A DNA stretch of 64,000 nucleotides from Gemmatimonadota bacterium (GTDB lineage Bacteria > Latescibacterota > UBA2968 > GCA-2709665), in contig JAPPNU010000029.1 of assembly GCA_028873695.1 (NCBI GenBank), forward strand, positions 50,383 through 114,382. Direction: 5' to 3'. The position numbers were made by a program, and so were the translations under genes. Within the stretch, counting starts at the first letter, position 1. Every line of letters begins with the position of its first letter. Shown piece after piece: positions 39,188-48,219 of this stretch. The notes under the pieces were generated by a model, which was not told the DNA's origin, ran no database searches, and saw only the letters and a program-made list of their open reading frames with translations.

Positions 39188-41009
39188 GACTCATACGGCT
39201 GACGTTATTGTAGCCCGGGACGTGATGGTCCCGATGCGGGACGGCGTGCGCCTGGCCACCGACCTCTACTTCCCCGGCGAAGTTGCGAATCGACCAACCG
39301 GGGCCTTCCCGGCGATCCTCGAGCGGACGCCTTACAACAAGAACGGCGGTTCGGCCGCAGCAAGCTTCTTCGCGCGGCACGGTTATATGGCTGCCGTACA
39401 GGACTGCCGGGGACGCTATGGTTCCGAGGGCGTGTTCTTCCCGTTCAGGGACGACCCGGAGGACGGATACGACACAATCGAATGGATCGCCGATCATCCA
39501 TCGTGCAACGGGAAGGTGGGCATGCACGGGTGTTCGTACGATGCGTGGGTGCAGTTCCACGCGGCCACGCAGAACCCCCCGTCCCTGGCGACGATGATCC
39601 CCTTCGAAGGGCCCATTAACGCCTACCACTACAGTATGCGCGAGGGCGGCGCCCTGCATCTCGGCCTCCTGAACTGGGCGGTCCGGATGTCGGCCACGGG
39701 CCACGAGGCGCAGGCGAACCCTGCCATTGCCGAAGCCATACAGACCATGTCCGCCGACGGGCAGAACTTTCTCGAATGGGCTTCACGCATCCCCTGGCGG
39801 CGCGGCCAGACGCCGCTCGCGGCGGTGCCGCAGTATGAGGACGCGGTCTTCCAGCTCTATTTCGAGAACAACGACTATACGGAATTCTGGCGGCAGCCGG
39901 GATTCGCAATGGACGAGTATTTCGAGTCGTTTCCCGACATGCCCATCCTCTGGATGGTCGGCTGGTTCGACTGGTACCCCAGAACCATCATCGACGGTTT
40001 CCGAAAGATGGTGAGCATGGGACGCGGGAATCAGCACCTTCTGGTGGGTCCGTGGACCCACGGCAACTGCGAACCGTCCTGCGGGGACGTACACTTCGGT
40101 CCGGAGGGCGGCCTCCATTTCCATAAGGGTTTCCTCCACCTCTACCTGCAGTGGTTCAACCGGTGGCTCCAGGAGGATACCTCGGTGGACGTGGGCAGCG
40201 CGGTGCGGATGTTCCGGATGGGCGGCGGGGACGGCAGCCGGGACAGGGACGGGCTTCTTCAGTACGGCGGAAAGTGGTTCAGCGTGGATGGCTGGCCGCC
40301 GGAAAGCACGCGCGAGACACCGTACTACATTCATGAGAACGGTATCCTGTCGCCCGTAGCACCCTCAGAGAAAGACGCCTCGACGACGTATACCTACGAC
40401 CCGCGCAATTCGGTGTCCAGCAACGGCCGGTGTATCATCCCCTACGGCCCGATGAAAGAAGGGTGGTTCAAGGGGATGGGGCCCCGCGATCAGATCGAGA
40501 TCGAGACCCTTCCCGGCCATGGCATCCCCGGCATGCCCATCGCCTCGCGGCCCGACGTGCTGGTCTTTCAAACCGAGCCACTGCCCGCGGACCTGTCGAT
40601 CGCAGGGAACATCAGAGGGGTCCTCTGGATATCCTCGGACGCGCCGGATACCGATTTTTTCATGAAGCTGCTCGACGTCTATCCCCCGAGTACGGACGAT
40701 CCGAACGGGTACGCCTTTCCGGTTTCGGAGGGCATCCTGCGCGCGCGATACAGGGAAAGCTTCGAGCGTCCGCGTCCGATGGAACCCGGAACAGTGTACA
40801 GCATCGAAATCGACATGCAGCCGTCCGCAAACCTGTTCCGGGCGGGCCATCGCATCCGCCTGGACATCTGCAGCAGCAACTTTCCCAACTACGATATCAA
40901 CCGCAACACGGGCGATCCGGACGACATGGACTGGCGCATCGCCCGTAATACCGTCTACCATGACACGGGACGCGCCTCATACGTTCAATTACCCATCTGG
41001 AAATCGTGA
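39180..41009 (+). CDS. CocE/NonD-family (S15 X-Pro dipeptidyl-peptidase-like) hydrolase
   Basis: 'VMVPMRDGVRLATDLYFP....PAILERTPYNK' and 'GMHGCSYDA' (nucleophile elbow variant). The C-terminal beta-sandwich contains 'GHRIRLDICSSNFP'. Confidence 0.8.
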   Translation: MSETHTADVIVARDVMVPMRDGVRLATDLYFPGEVANRPTGAFPAILERTPYNKNGGSAAASFFARHGYMAAVQDCRGRYGSEGVFFPFRDDPEDGYDTIEWIADHPSCNGKVGMHGCSYDAWVQFHAATQNPPSLATMIPFEGPINAYHYSMREGGALHLGLLNWAVRMSATGHEAQANPAIAEAIQTMSADGQNFLEWASRIPWRRGQTPLAAVPQYEDAVFQLYFENNDYTEFWRQPGFAMDEYFESFPDMPILWMVGWFDWYPRTIIDGFRKMVSMGRGNQHLLVGPWTHGNCEPSCGDVHFGPEGGLHFHKGFLHLYLQWFNRWLQEDTSVDVGSAVRMFRMGGGDGSRDRDGLLQYGGKWFSVDGWPPESTRETPYYIHENGILSPVAPSEKDASTTYTYDPRNSVSSNGRCIIPYGPMKEGWFKGMGPRDQIEIETLPGHGIPGMPIASRPDVLVFQTEPLPADLSIAGNIRGVLWISSDAPDTDFFMKLLDVYPPSTDDPNGYAFPVSEGILRARYRESFERPRPMEPGTVYSIEIDMQPSANLFRAGHRIRLDICSSNFPNYDINRNTGDPDDMDWRIARNTVYHDTGRASYVQLPIWKS

Positions 41010-41020
41010 AGGGAGCATCG

Positions 41021-42100
41021 ATGTCCGACAGCGCAGGACCTGGCCTGAAGACCGCGGAAATCGAGGGCAGAGAGATGCATTGCATGGATGTCCTGGAAGC
41101 GCCCGTTGAGGTGTCGGGCTTCCCATGGCTGGACCTGGAGAGACGGTTCTGCCGGCTGCCGGTCGACGCCCTGCCGGACATGAGCGATTCCGTCCGGAGA
41201 CTGGCCTGGTGCACGTCGGGCGGAAGGGCTCGCTTCAGGACGGATTCCGGTACAATCGCCATCCGGGTGGAGTTGGCGGAAGTCGTGGACATGCCGCACA
41301 TGCCCCGGTCCGGAAATTCCGGATTCGACATCTACGTGGGATCCGGAACGGAGAAGCGGTTCATCAACGCCGCAAGACCGCCCCAGAACGAGCGGGTATA
41401 CGAAACGCTCCTGGTCGATGGAACTGACGGCGGCATGCGGGAATGGACGCTGAATTTCCCCGTGTACAACGGCGTTAACCAGGTTGTCCTGGGGTTGGAT
41501 ACGGGCGCAAGAATCGAGCCGCCCTCGCGGTTCACCGTTGAGAAGCCGCTTCTCTTCTACGGTTCCTCGATCACGCACGGGGGCTGCGCGTCCCGTCCCG
41601 GGAACACCTATCCCAATATCCTGTCGCGTTGGCTGGATGCGAAGCTGATCAACTTCGGATTCAGCGGGAGCGCCCGGGCCGAACCGGCGATGGCACGTCT
41701 GATCGCGACCGTGGACATGCGTGTGTTTGTGATGGACTACGACCACAATGCGCCGACCGCCGACTATCTGGAGCAGACGCACGAAGCGTTCTTCCGGATT
41801 GTAAGGGAGGCACAACCGGAGCTTCCCGTTGTGATCGTCTCGAGTCCTTCCATCAATGCCAATCCGTCACGCTGGATGGAGAGGCGAGAGATCATTCGCG
41901 GGACGTACGAGAATGCCTTGAAGCGGGGAGATACCAGGGTCTGGTTTGTGGATGGGGAGACCCTCTTCGGCGATTCCGATCAGGATGCGTGTACCGTCGA
42001 CGGGGTTCACCCGAACGACCTTGGATTCCTGCGCATGGCCAAAGCAATTCGACCATCGGTGGAAACGGCCTTACTGGCAGGAAACTTTGAATGCGGTTGA
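41021..42100 (+). CDS. SGNH/GDSL-family hydrolase with N-terminal beta-sandwich
   Basis: 'FYGSSITHGG' (block I Ser) and 'DGVHPND' (block V DxxH). The ATG at 41021 follows AGGGAG. Confidence 0.65.
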   Translation: MSDSAGPGLKTAEIEGREMHCMDVLEAPVEVSGFPWLDLERRFCRLPVDALPDMSDSVRRLAWCTSGGRARFRTDSGTIAIRVELAEVVDMPHMPRSGNSGFDIYVGSGTEKRFINAARPPQNERVYETLLVDGTDGGMREWTLNFPVYNGVNQVVLGLDTGARIEPPSRFTVEKPLLFYGSSITHGGCASRPGNTYPNILSRWLDAKLINFGFSGSARAEPAMARLIATVDMRVFVMDYDHNAPTADYLEQTHEAFFRIVREAQPELPVVIVSSPSINANPSRWMERREIIRGTYENALKRGDTRVWFVDGETLFGDSDQDACTVDGVHPNDLGFLRMAKAIRPSVETALLAGNFECG

Positions 42101-42159
42101 TCTGAAGCCGGCGGCGGAAGCCTGGATGAGCAAAGCATTGTTCAGATAAGGAGGTGGTT

Positions 42160-43224
42160 ATGGAAACGCGGACATTTCGCGGAAGTCCCGCGGAGATCGG
42201 CAGGGCGCAGGGCTCCATGAATCCGGAGGCAGCACAGGACTATCTGAAGTTCTGGCAGGCCCGACCGCACGATTTCGAGAATGCCTACTTTCGACGGAAC
42301 ATGGCGTTCATGCGCCGCGAGTTTCCGGATATGATCGATCAGATCGAGGCGTTCGGCGAGGCCGCGGGAATGGCGTCTTTCGACCACGCATACTTCGGCC
42401 ACATTCTCTGGACGGGGCCCGTCGGGGATGCCTGTTCCACATTGGGAATCATCCTGCAGGACGACGGCCCCGCGATGTTGTCCACCAATGACGGAGGAAC
42501 GGATACGGTGCCCGGAACGGTGTCCAATTCCGTCGTCTCGTTTTTCCCGGACACGAAACCTCATGGAATGATGGGGTTCGGCACCAGGCGGCAGGTCACG
42601 CTGGGGATGGCCGTGAATGACGCCGGACTGGCGGTCGGATCGAATTCAGGGCATCGGAAGTTCAACTTCGTCTCCAACCCCGAGCACCTGAACCTCTACT
42701 TCGTCGTTCACCTGCTGGCGCAGCACTGCGGCGACTGCGACGACGTCCGGCATTTCGTGGAACAGTACCGCCTCTCCGGGCAGAAGGGGATGAACCTGGT
42801 CACGGTCGACGCCGGGGGGAACATCCTGGGTCTGGAACTGGAATCGGAGAACGTCGCCATTTCGGAAGCGCAGGACGGGATGCTCCTGGAGGTCAACCAC
42901 TGGCAGCATCCCAAACTTCAGAATCCGTCACGCGAGGCAGACCCCGAATTCTGGGACGGACCCTACTATTACAACTCTCAGGCGCGCGTCATGTATTTCA
43001 CGCACTATCGAAATGTCTTCGCCCGGATGAAGACCCTGCAGGAACTGGTCGATTTCTCGTTCGACGTCCACGCGCCCGGGCGCATCCTGCAGACGCTTGG
43101 TCTGAACGTCAGCGACCTGATCTCCTGCCAGGTCATGTTCGCAACCACGAGAGATCGAAAAATGAGGCTTTATCTTCATCCGATCGAGAAGGACGATTAC
43201 GAGGAGTTCGAATTTCCAAATTGA
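42160..43224 (+). CDS. C45-family Ntn-hydrolase (second copy)
   Basis: The ATG at 42160 follows AAGGAGG. Collinear with 36230..37297. Confidence 0.65.
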   Translation: METRTFRGSPAEIGRAQGSMNPEAAQDYLKFWQARPHDFENAYFRRNMAFMRREFPDMIDQIEAFGEAAGMASFDHAYFGHILWTGPVGDACSTLGIILQDDGPAMLSTNDGGTDTVPGTVSNSVVSFFPDTKPHGMMGFGTRRQVTLGMAVNDAGLAVGSNSGHRKFNFVSNPEHLNLYFVVHLLAQHCGDCDDVRHFVEQYRLSGQKGMNLVTVDAGGNILGLELESENVAISEAQDGMLLEVNHWQHPKLQNPSREADPEFWDGPYYYNSQARVMYFTHYRNVFARMKTLQELVDFSFDVHAPGRILQTLGLNVSDLISCQVMFATTRDRKMRLYLHPIEKDDYEEFEFPN

Positions 43225-43564
43225 CAAAAGGGGGGAAAGGGAGTCGTGAGGGGCGACGTCGGAACGGGTCCACAGCCGGTGCTGCCGCGTTTTGCAATAG
43301 TGAACCGCCATTTGGTGAAGATGCCTATTGCGGTACGGATGTGAATATTGTAGAATTAAAGGTGAATTTGCCGTTTCACACGGGCCGTGGCGGTGGCAGG
43401 AAATCCCCCGGCGTTCAGGTGCTTTATTCACGATTGTCTTCTACGTCGGCCCGACGCTGTCCGGCAGGCCGGGGGACGTATCGAAAAGGAGACTCGAGTT
43501 GAGCCTCATTAAGGAAATTCCGTACTCGGACGCGCAGAACGGGAATCTCAGGTCATACTTCAGG

Positions 43565-44413
43565 ATGGCACCCGTTCTCATCGCCGCCCTTTGTATTCTT
43601 GCGCCCCAGGCCGCTTACGCGGGCGCGTGGACCCTTGAAAAGGGGCAGGTGTGGAGCAAGATTACCGGCCTGTACCAGGCCACCGATGAACACTACAACA
43701 AGGACGGAGAACCGAGTGGGATTCCCGCGGATTATACGTCGCAGGAGGTGTATCTCGACGTGTACTACGGGGTTACCAAACGCTTCGATCTCGGCGTTCA
43801 GTTCGCGGCGATCAACCGGAAGTTCGAAAATTTCACCTCGAACACCCACAGAGAGATGTTCGGATATCGCGCAAAGGAATCGGGGCTGGGCGATATCCGC
43901 GTCTTCGGCAAGGTCAATCTCGTTCATGAGCCCGTCGTGGGCACGCTGATGCTTGGCATCAAGGCGCCAACGGGAGATTTCCGGGCCGAGCCCGAGGCCA
44001 TGTCCGCCGGCAACGGCCAGTGGGACGTCGAAGTGGTCGCTCAGATCGGCAAGTCCTACTGGCCCACCCCGATTTACGCCAACATCGACCTGGGATATCG
44101 CCTCAGAGAGACCAACGAGACCATTCATCACAATCCTGACGACGAGTTGATCTACAATGTCGAGATCGGTGGCAGCCCCGTCGAAATGTTGAATGTTGCC
44201 CTCAAGCTGGAAGGGATCTCGGGCGCGGGCCGGCGGGTCACCTATGCGATACCCACGGCGATCGTTAGCCTGCCGCAGGGCCTCGCCCTCGAAGCCGCGG
44301 CGCGTGTGTCCGTGCTCGGCCGCGCCGACCCCTCGTTGGGAGCGCCCTATACCTTCTTCGCCGGCTCCACGTTCCTGTTCGGGATCTCCTACACCGGAAG
44401 CCTGATGCAGTAA
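43565..44413 (+). CDS. outer-membrane beta-barrel (MetA/phenol-degradation-transporter-like)
   Basis: Signal peptide 'MAPVLIAALCILAPQAAYAGAW'. 'WTLEKGQ' occurs at the mature N-terminus and the strands alternate. The listed ORF start at 43328 is probably too far upstream. Confidence 0.55.
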   Translation: MAPVLIAALCILAPQAAYAGAWTLEKGQVWSKITGLYQATDEHYNKDGEPSGIPADYTSQEVYLDVYYGVTKRFDLGVQFAAINRKFENFTSNTHREMFGYRAKESGLGDIRVFGKVNLVHEPVVGTLMLGIKAPTGDFRAEPEAMSAGNGQWDVEVVAQIGKSYWPTPIYANIDLGYRLRETNETIHHNPDDELIYNVEIGGSPVEMLNVALKLEGISGAGRRVTYAIPTAIVSLPQGLALEAAARVSVLGRADPSLGAPYTFFAGSTFLFGISYTGSLMQ

Positions 44414-44472
44414 GGGCTACAACGAAGAATCCGACGCCGCCGATGGAACAGCCAGGGGAACCAGAAACAGAA

Positions 44473-44500
44473 GGGAAGGGGCAATGCCCCTTCCCCTTTT
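44473..44500 (+). terminator. palindromic terminator
   Basis: gggaaggggca / tgccccttccc, followed by cttttt. Confidence 0.7.
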
Positions 44501-44546
44501 TCATCCAACGAATGGAGCCCCATTACAAGGTTGTTCGCTGGAATAT

Positions 44547-44834
44547 ATGATGATACGACCAATTGCAGTGGAGGCCCGAGAAGGCTACCACATCTGGCTG
44601 CGCTATTCGGACGGCACTGTGGGTGAGGTAGACCTGGAGCACCTCGCCGGACGCGGCGTATTCACGGCCTGGGAAGATCGCGCCTTTTTTGAGGCCGTGC
44701 GTATTGAGGATCATGGCGCTGTGGCCTGGGGTGAGGAATTGGAACTTTGCCCCGATGCCCTGTATTTGCAGCTCAGCGGCAAATCGGTTGTGGAGGTGAT
44801 GTCCGACACATTAGTAACGGTTGAAAATGCCTGA
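44547..44834 (+). CDS. DUF2442-domain protein
   Basis: 'IRPIAVEAREGYHIWLRYSDGTVGEVDL...AWGEELELCPDALY' is the typical DUF2442 pattern. Confidence 0.7.
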   Translation: MMIRPIAVEAREGYHIWLRYSDGTVGEVDLEHLAGRGVFTAWEDRAFFEAVRIEDHGAVAWGEELELCPDALYLQLSGKSVVEVMSDTLVTVENA

Positions 44835-44855
44835 ACTCTGCCGATTTTACGGTAA

Positions 44856-44890
44856 CAGGGGAAGGGGCGATCGCCCCTTCCCCTGTTTTC
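44856..44890 (+). terminator. perfect 30-bp palindrome plus T-tract
   Basis: caggggaaggggcga|tcgccccttcccctg (44856-44885), followed by ttttc. It shares the ggaaggggc core with the hairpin at 44473. Confidence 0.7.
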
Positions 44891-45227
44891 AATTCTCGAA
44901 TACAAACCGCAACAGCCAAATCGAAGCCGGATCAAACGAGGATGAAGGACTGTTGACCTTGATCCACAAATTTCCGGGGACCTGAAGGTCGAAAATATAC
45001 TGAAGAACAAAGGCGAATTGACGTCAAGGGTCCCGGATACTTCAGGTCACTGGACGTGAAGGGAATTCTCATCTATTTGAACGACCTCAATACCCCGTTT
45101 TCGCACCGTCACCTTCTGTGCCTTTTGTGCTTTTTGTGGTAAATTGACTGTTGTCTTTTATCGAATTGGGGTTAAGCTTTGATTCATTGATTATGCAGCC
45201 CGCCGACCCGTTTTTTACACTCCCCTT

Positions 45228-45644
45228 TCAGGTAGTGGGATCGACAACTTCCACGCCGCTGACTTCGAAGTTGCGACGATTTCGGGTCGCCAGAGGTAGT
45301 CCGTGGGTCAGTGCGGTGGCGGCAATTAAACTGTCCTTGATCGGCATCGGCTTTCCGACAAGACGAAGATGCGCCAGCAGTTCCGCCCAGCGCAATCCCG
45401 TCTCGGCATCCCACGGAATACAGTGAATGCGACCGGCGACGTCGTCGAACCAGCGCTCGAGCGCGCGGCGCCGACGCCCTTGCGGCAGCAAAAGGACCCC
45501 GAAGCGGATTTCTCCCAGGATCACGGGATCGACGGCCAGGTCGCGCTCGTTTCGCGCCAGCCACTCGACCACCCGCGGATCCGGCCTCGACTGCGTCGCC
45601 TCGGACAGTACATTGGCGTCCACGAGAAACGTCATGGTGATCAT
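45228..45644 (-). CDS. vapC: PIN-domain toxin VapC
   Basis: 'FLVDANVLSE' (first acidic residue) and 'IAATALTHGLPLATRNRRNF'. Overlaps the vapB stop by 4 nt. Confidence 0.85.
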   Translation of the reverse strand: MITMTFLVDANVLSEATQSRPDPRVVEWLARNERDLAVDPVILGEIRFGVLLLPQGRRRRALERWFDDVAGRIHCIPWDAETGLRWAELLAHLRLVGKPMPIKDSLIAATALTHGLPLATRNRRNFEVSGVEVVDPTT

Positions 45645-45874
45645 CCGAGCGAATCGGTCGACTCCGATTCAATTGGCACGAACCAGCCATTTTCGGGACA
45701 CGCGAGGAGTGTATCCACCAGGCCGTGGTTCTTCGGGGGATCGGCGGCGACCAGACGATATTCGCCTCTGTCCACCCGTTCTATTGCAAACGACTGGCCC
45801 GGTACGAGCTTGTCCCGATGGCGAAGCTCTGCCGGAATGACAATCTGACCCTTTGTTGAAAGGACTGTATTCAT
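45641..45874 (-). CDS. vapB: AbrB/SpoVT-type antitoxin VapB
   Basis: 'STKGQIVIPAELR' is the SpoVT/AbrB swapped-hairpin motif. Confidence 0.8.
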   Translation of the reverse strand: MNTVLSTKGQIVIPAELRHRDKLVPGQSFAIERVDRGEYRLVAADPPKNHGLVDTLLACPENGWFVPIESESTDSLG

Positions 45875-45877
45875 AGG

Positions 45878-45898
45878 ATGTAAGATAACGTCTTACAT
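45878..45898 (-). promoter_or_regulatory. putative VapB operator
   Basis: Perfect 8-bp inverted repeat atgtaaga-taacg-tcttacat, immediately upstream of vapB. Confidence 0.5.
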
Positions 45899-46058
45899 CA
45901 TGATTGTCAATGCCCCTCCTGCCTGTTCAGTCCCGCTGGTGCGCCCTGACGGGCAACCGATGCGGGAAATATGCTTTTGAGAATTGTGCATGGCGGGGCC
46001 GTGCGCCGGACAGTAAACGGTATTGAATTACTGTAGAAAGGACGCAGCGTTGACGCAG

Positions 46059-47147
46059 ATGCGGCGGGTAATCGGACTCTTAGGTTGGGTTCTATTGAGC
46101 GGGGCTTTATGGGCCGAGACGAAGAACCCGGCTTCCCCGGCATCGACATTGAAGAAAAAACACCGCGGTGTGTGTTTCGTGGCCGGACCGGGGCGCCCCG
46201 CGGATGCCGCGTTCGACCGCCTGGCCGCGTTGAACGTGAACTGGATTTCCCAGACGCCGTTCGGGTGGCAGCAAAGCGCCGGCAGCCCTGAGGTGGTCCT
46301 GGCGACGTCGGGACGGGTCTGGTGGGGGGAATCGGACGAGGGCCTGGCGGATGCGTCCCGGCGGGCACGGAAGCGGGGCATCCGGACCATTCTGAAGCCG
46401 CACGTCTGGATCCGGGATCGCAGCGACGGGAGGTGGCGGGGAAATATCGACTTTTCGACGCCTGAAGAATGGGACAGGTGGTGGGCAAGCTACCGGCGGT
46501 TCATCCTCCATTACGCCGCACTGGCGGAATCCGCCGGGATGGAGGCGCTGTGTATCGGGACGGAACTACGCAGCGCCGTGTTGAACCGTCCCGACGCCTG
46601 GCGCGGGCTGATTGCGGACGTGAGGGCGGTGTACGGTGGCGAACTCACCTATTCGGCGAACTGGTACCGGGAGTTCGAGGAGGTGCCCTTCTGGGACGCG
46701 CTCGATTACATTGGTATTCAGGTCTACTTCCCGCTGGCGGACAGCTCCAGCGCCGCTTTGATGGTCGACGAGTTAAAGGCTGCATGGGCGCCCCATGTAA
46801 AGCTGATCGAAGCAGTTCAGCAGCGGGCGGGTAAGCCAGTGCTCTTCACGGAGGTGGGCTACCGCAGCACCGCAGATGCGGCCGTGGAGCCGTGGGTCTG
46901 GCGATCCAACGCACCGGTTGATCTTGAACTGCAGGCAGCATGTTACGATGCGATGTTCCGGACGTTCTGGCGCAAGCCCTGGTTTGCGGGCACGCACGTT
47001 TGGAAGTGGTTCCCCGAGGGGAGCACGCCATTCGGCGGACGACGCGCACGCCGCCACGCCCTTCAAAGGGAACGGGGGTTCACGCCGCAGGGCAAACCGG
47101 CGGAAGAGGTACTTGGCCGATGGTACCGGGGGGACGGCCTCGAGTGA
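46059..47147 (+). CDS. secreted TIM-barrel glycoside hydrolase (clan GH-A-like; family uncertain)
   Basis: Signal peptide 'MRRVIGLLGWVLLSGALWA'. Contains 'ELTYSANWY', 'DYIGIQVYFPL' and 'LFTEVGYRS' (candidate nucleophile Glu). Confidence 0.5.
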   Translation: MRRVIGLLGWVLLSGALWAETKNPASPASTLKKKHRGVCFVAGPGRPADAAFDRLAALNVNWISQTPFGWQQSAGSPEVVLATSGRVWWGESDEGLADASRRARKRGIRTILKPHVWIRDRSDGRWRGNIDFSTPEEWDRWWASYRRFILHYAALAESAGMEALCIGTELRSAVLNRPDAWRGLIADVRAVYGGELTYSANWYREFEEVPFWDALDYIGIQVYFPLADSSSAALMVDELKAAWAPHVKLIEAVQQRAGKPVLFTEVGYRSTADAAVEPWVWRSNAPVDLELQAACYDAMFRTFWRKPWFAGTHVWKWFPEGSTPFGGRRARRHALQRERGFTPQGKPAEEVLGRWYRGDGLE

Positions 47148-47970
47148 AGGCAACTCTTGCACAAGCCATGCGAATGTGCATGGACAGACGAAGGCAGAGG
47201 CGTTATCGGGAGAGATTATTGGATGATAATGCCTGGGGTGCCGTTATTGAACCCAGCCCTTTACAAGCGAACAGTTGTTTCCCATATTAAACCCAGCCTG
47301 CAATAGGGCCGCAATCATGAACCTTGGTAAACGTATACTCTGATACAACGTGAGCTAAACGCACAGCCAACGGGCCTGATTCACATTAGGAAAACTTGAT
47401 ACAGTCCGTCGAGCAACGGAAATCGGATCTTGAATTCTCCCTAAGGACGCCCGAACATTATGGTCAACGAAGTGCTCGAATCGACCGAGACCACGTATAC
47501 GGCAGTAACAATCCAATCAACCGATTGGCGTCCTACGGTATCTTCGAAGCATTTGGGCGTTACCAATTGTCCGTCGGGCGGTGACGTTTTCGATTCGTTT
47601 TCAACCGACGCCCACCCGCATGTATCCGGGAAGACGGCTAATCGTGAATTGTGCCATTAGACGATAAATGGTACAAATGGCATAAAATCGGCACAATCTT
47701 GGCATAAATCACTTTATAAATATTTGTTTTTTTGGATCTTATTACATTTTTCTTTCTTTACAAAACATAATACTTCACGCAAAAGAGTTATAACTCATGG
47801 GTTCGATGCGCAGATCCTCACGGGATGATGTATACCACGTTCGTTGTAGCCTAGACACAAATGCCGCGCCACCAGCAATGCTGACCGACATTGCGAATAG
47901 TCAATCTCCAGAGCCTGAGTTTCTATTGGCTGCCAATTGATCGCGAATTGTCAAAACGATAGCTGAATCC

Positions 47971-48020
47971 TATAACCCATTAATTTTATTGCATTTGTTT
48001 AATTGACGGGTAATTGACTG
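47971..48020 (+). repeat. 50-bp direct repeat, copy 1
   Basis: tataacccattaattttattgcatttgtttaattgacgggtaattgactg. Identical to 49883-49932 at 49 of 50 positions. Confidence 0.9.
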
Positions 48021-48219
48021 AAAACGCACTAAGACCATTGGCGTCCGCGTCCAGATGTTTACCTCGGTTGTTTCTAATAGAAAAAAACCCGTGAACGAGG
48101 GCTCGGCCAATCTGCCAAAGAAGACTGCCAAGCCGAAGTCCTGCCCATTGCGGATGCCCTGAACGGCGATGAGGTGACGATCGTTGTCGGTTTAGACACT
48201 GGATGCAAGAGGTCGCAAC

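Noticed and set aside
47640-47715. Reiterated 'ggcataaa' / 'attgtgcc..ggcacaat' motifs as a Tn7-like transposon end.
   Set aside because: There is no transposase gene, no matching opposite end and no clear terminal TG...CA sequence in the window. I mention it only as part of the island-1 finding.
47795-47825. tRNA T-arm-like 'gggttcgatgc' in the AT-rich region, as a possible integration-target tRNA.
   Set aside because: I could not build an acceptor stem, anticodon arm or D-arm around it.
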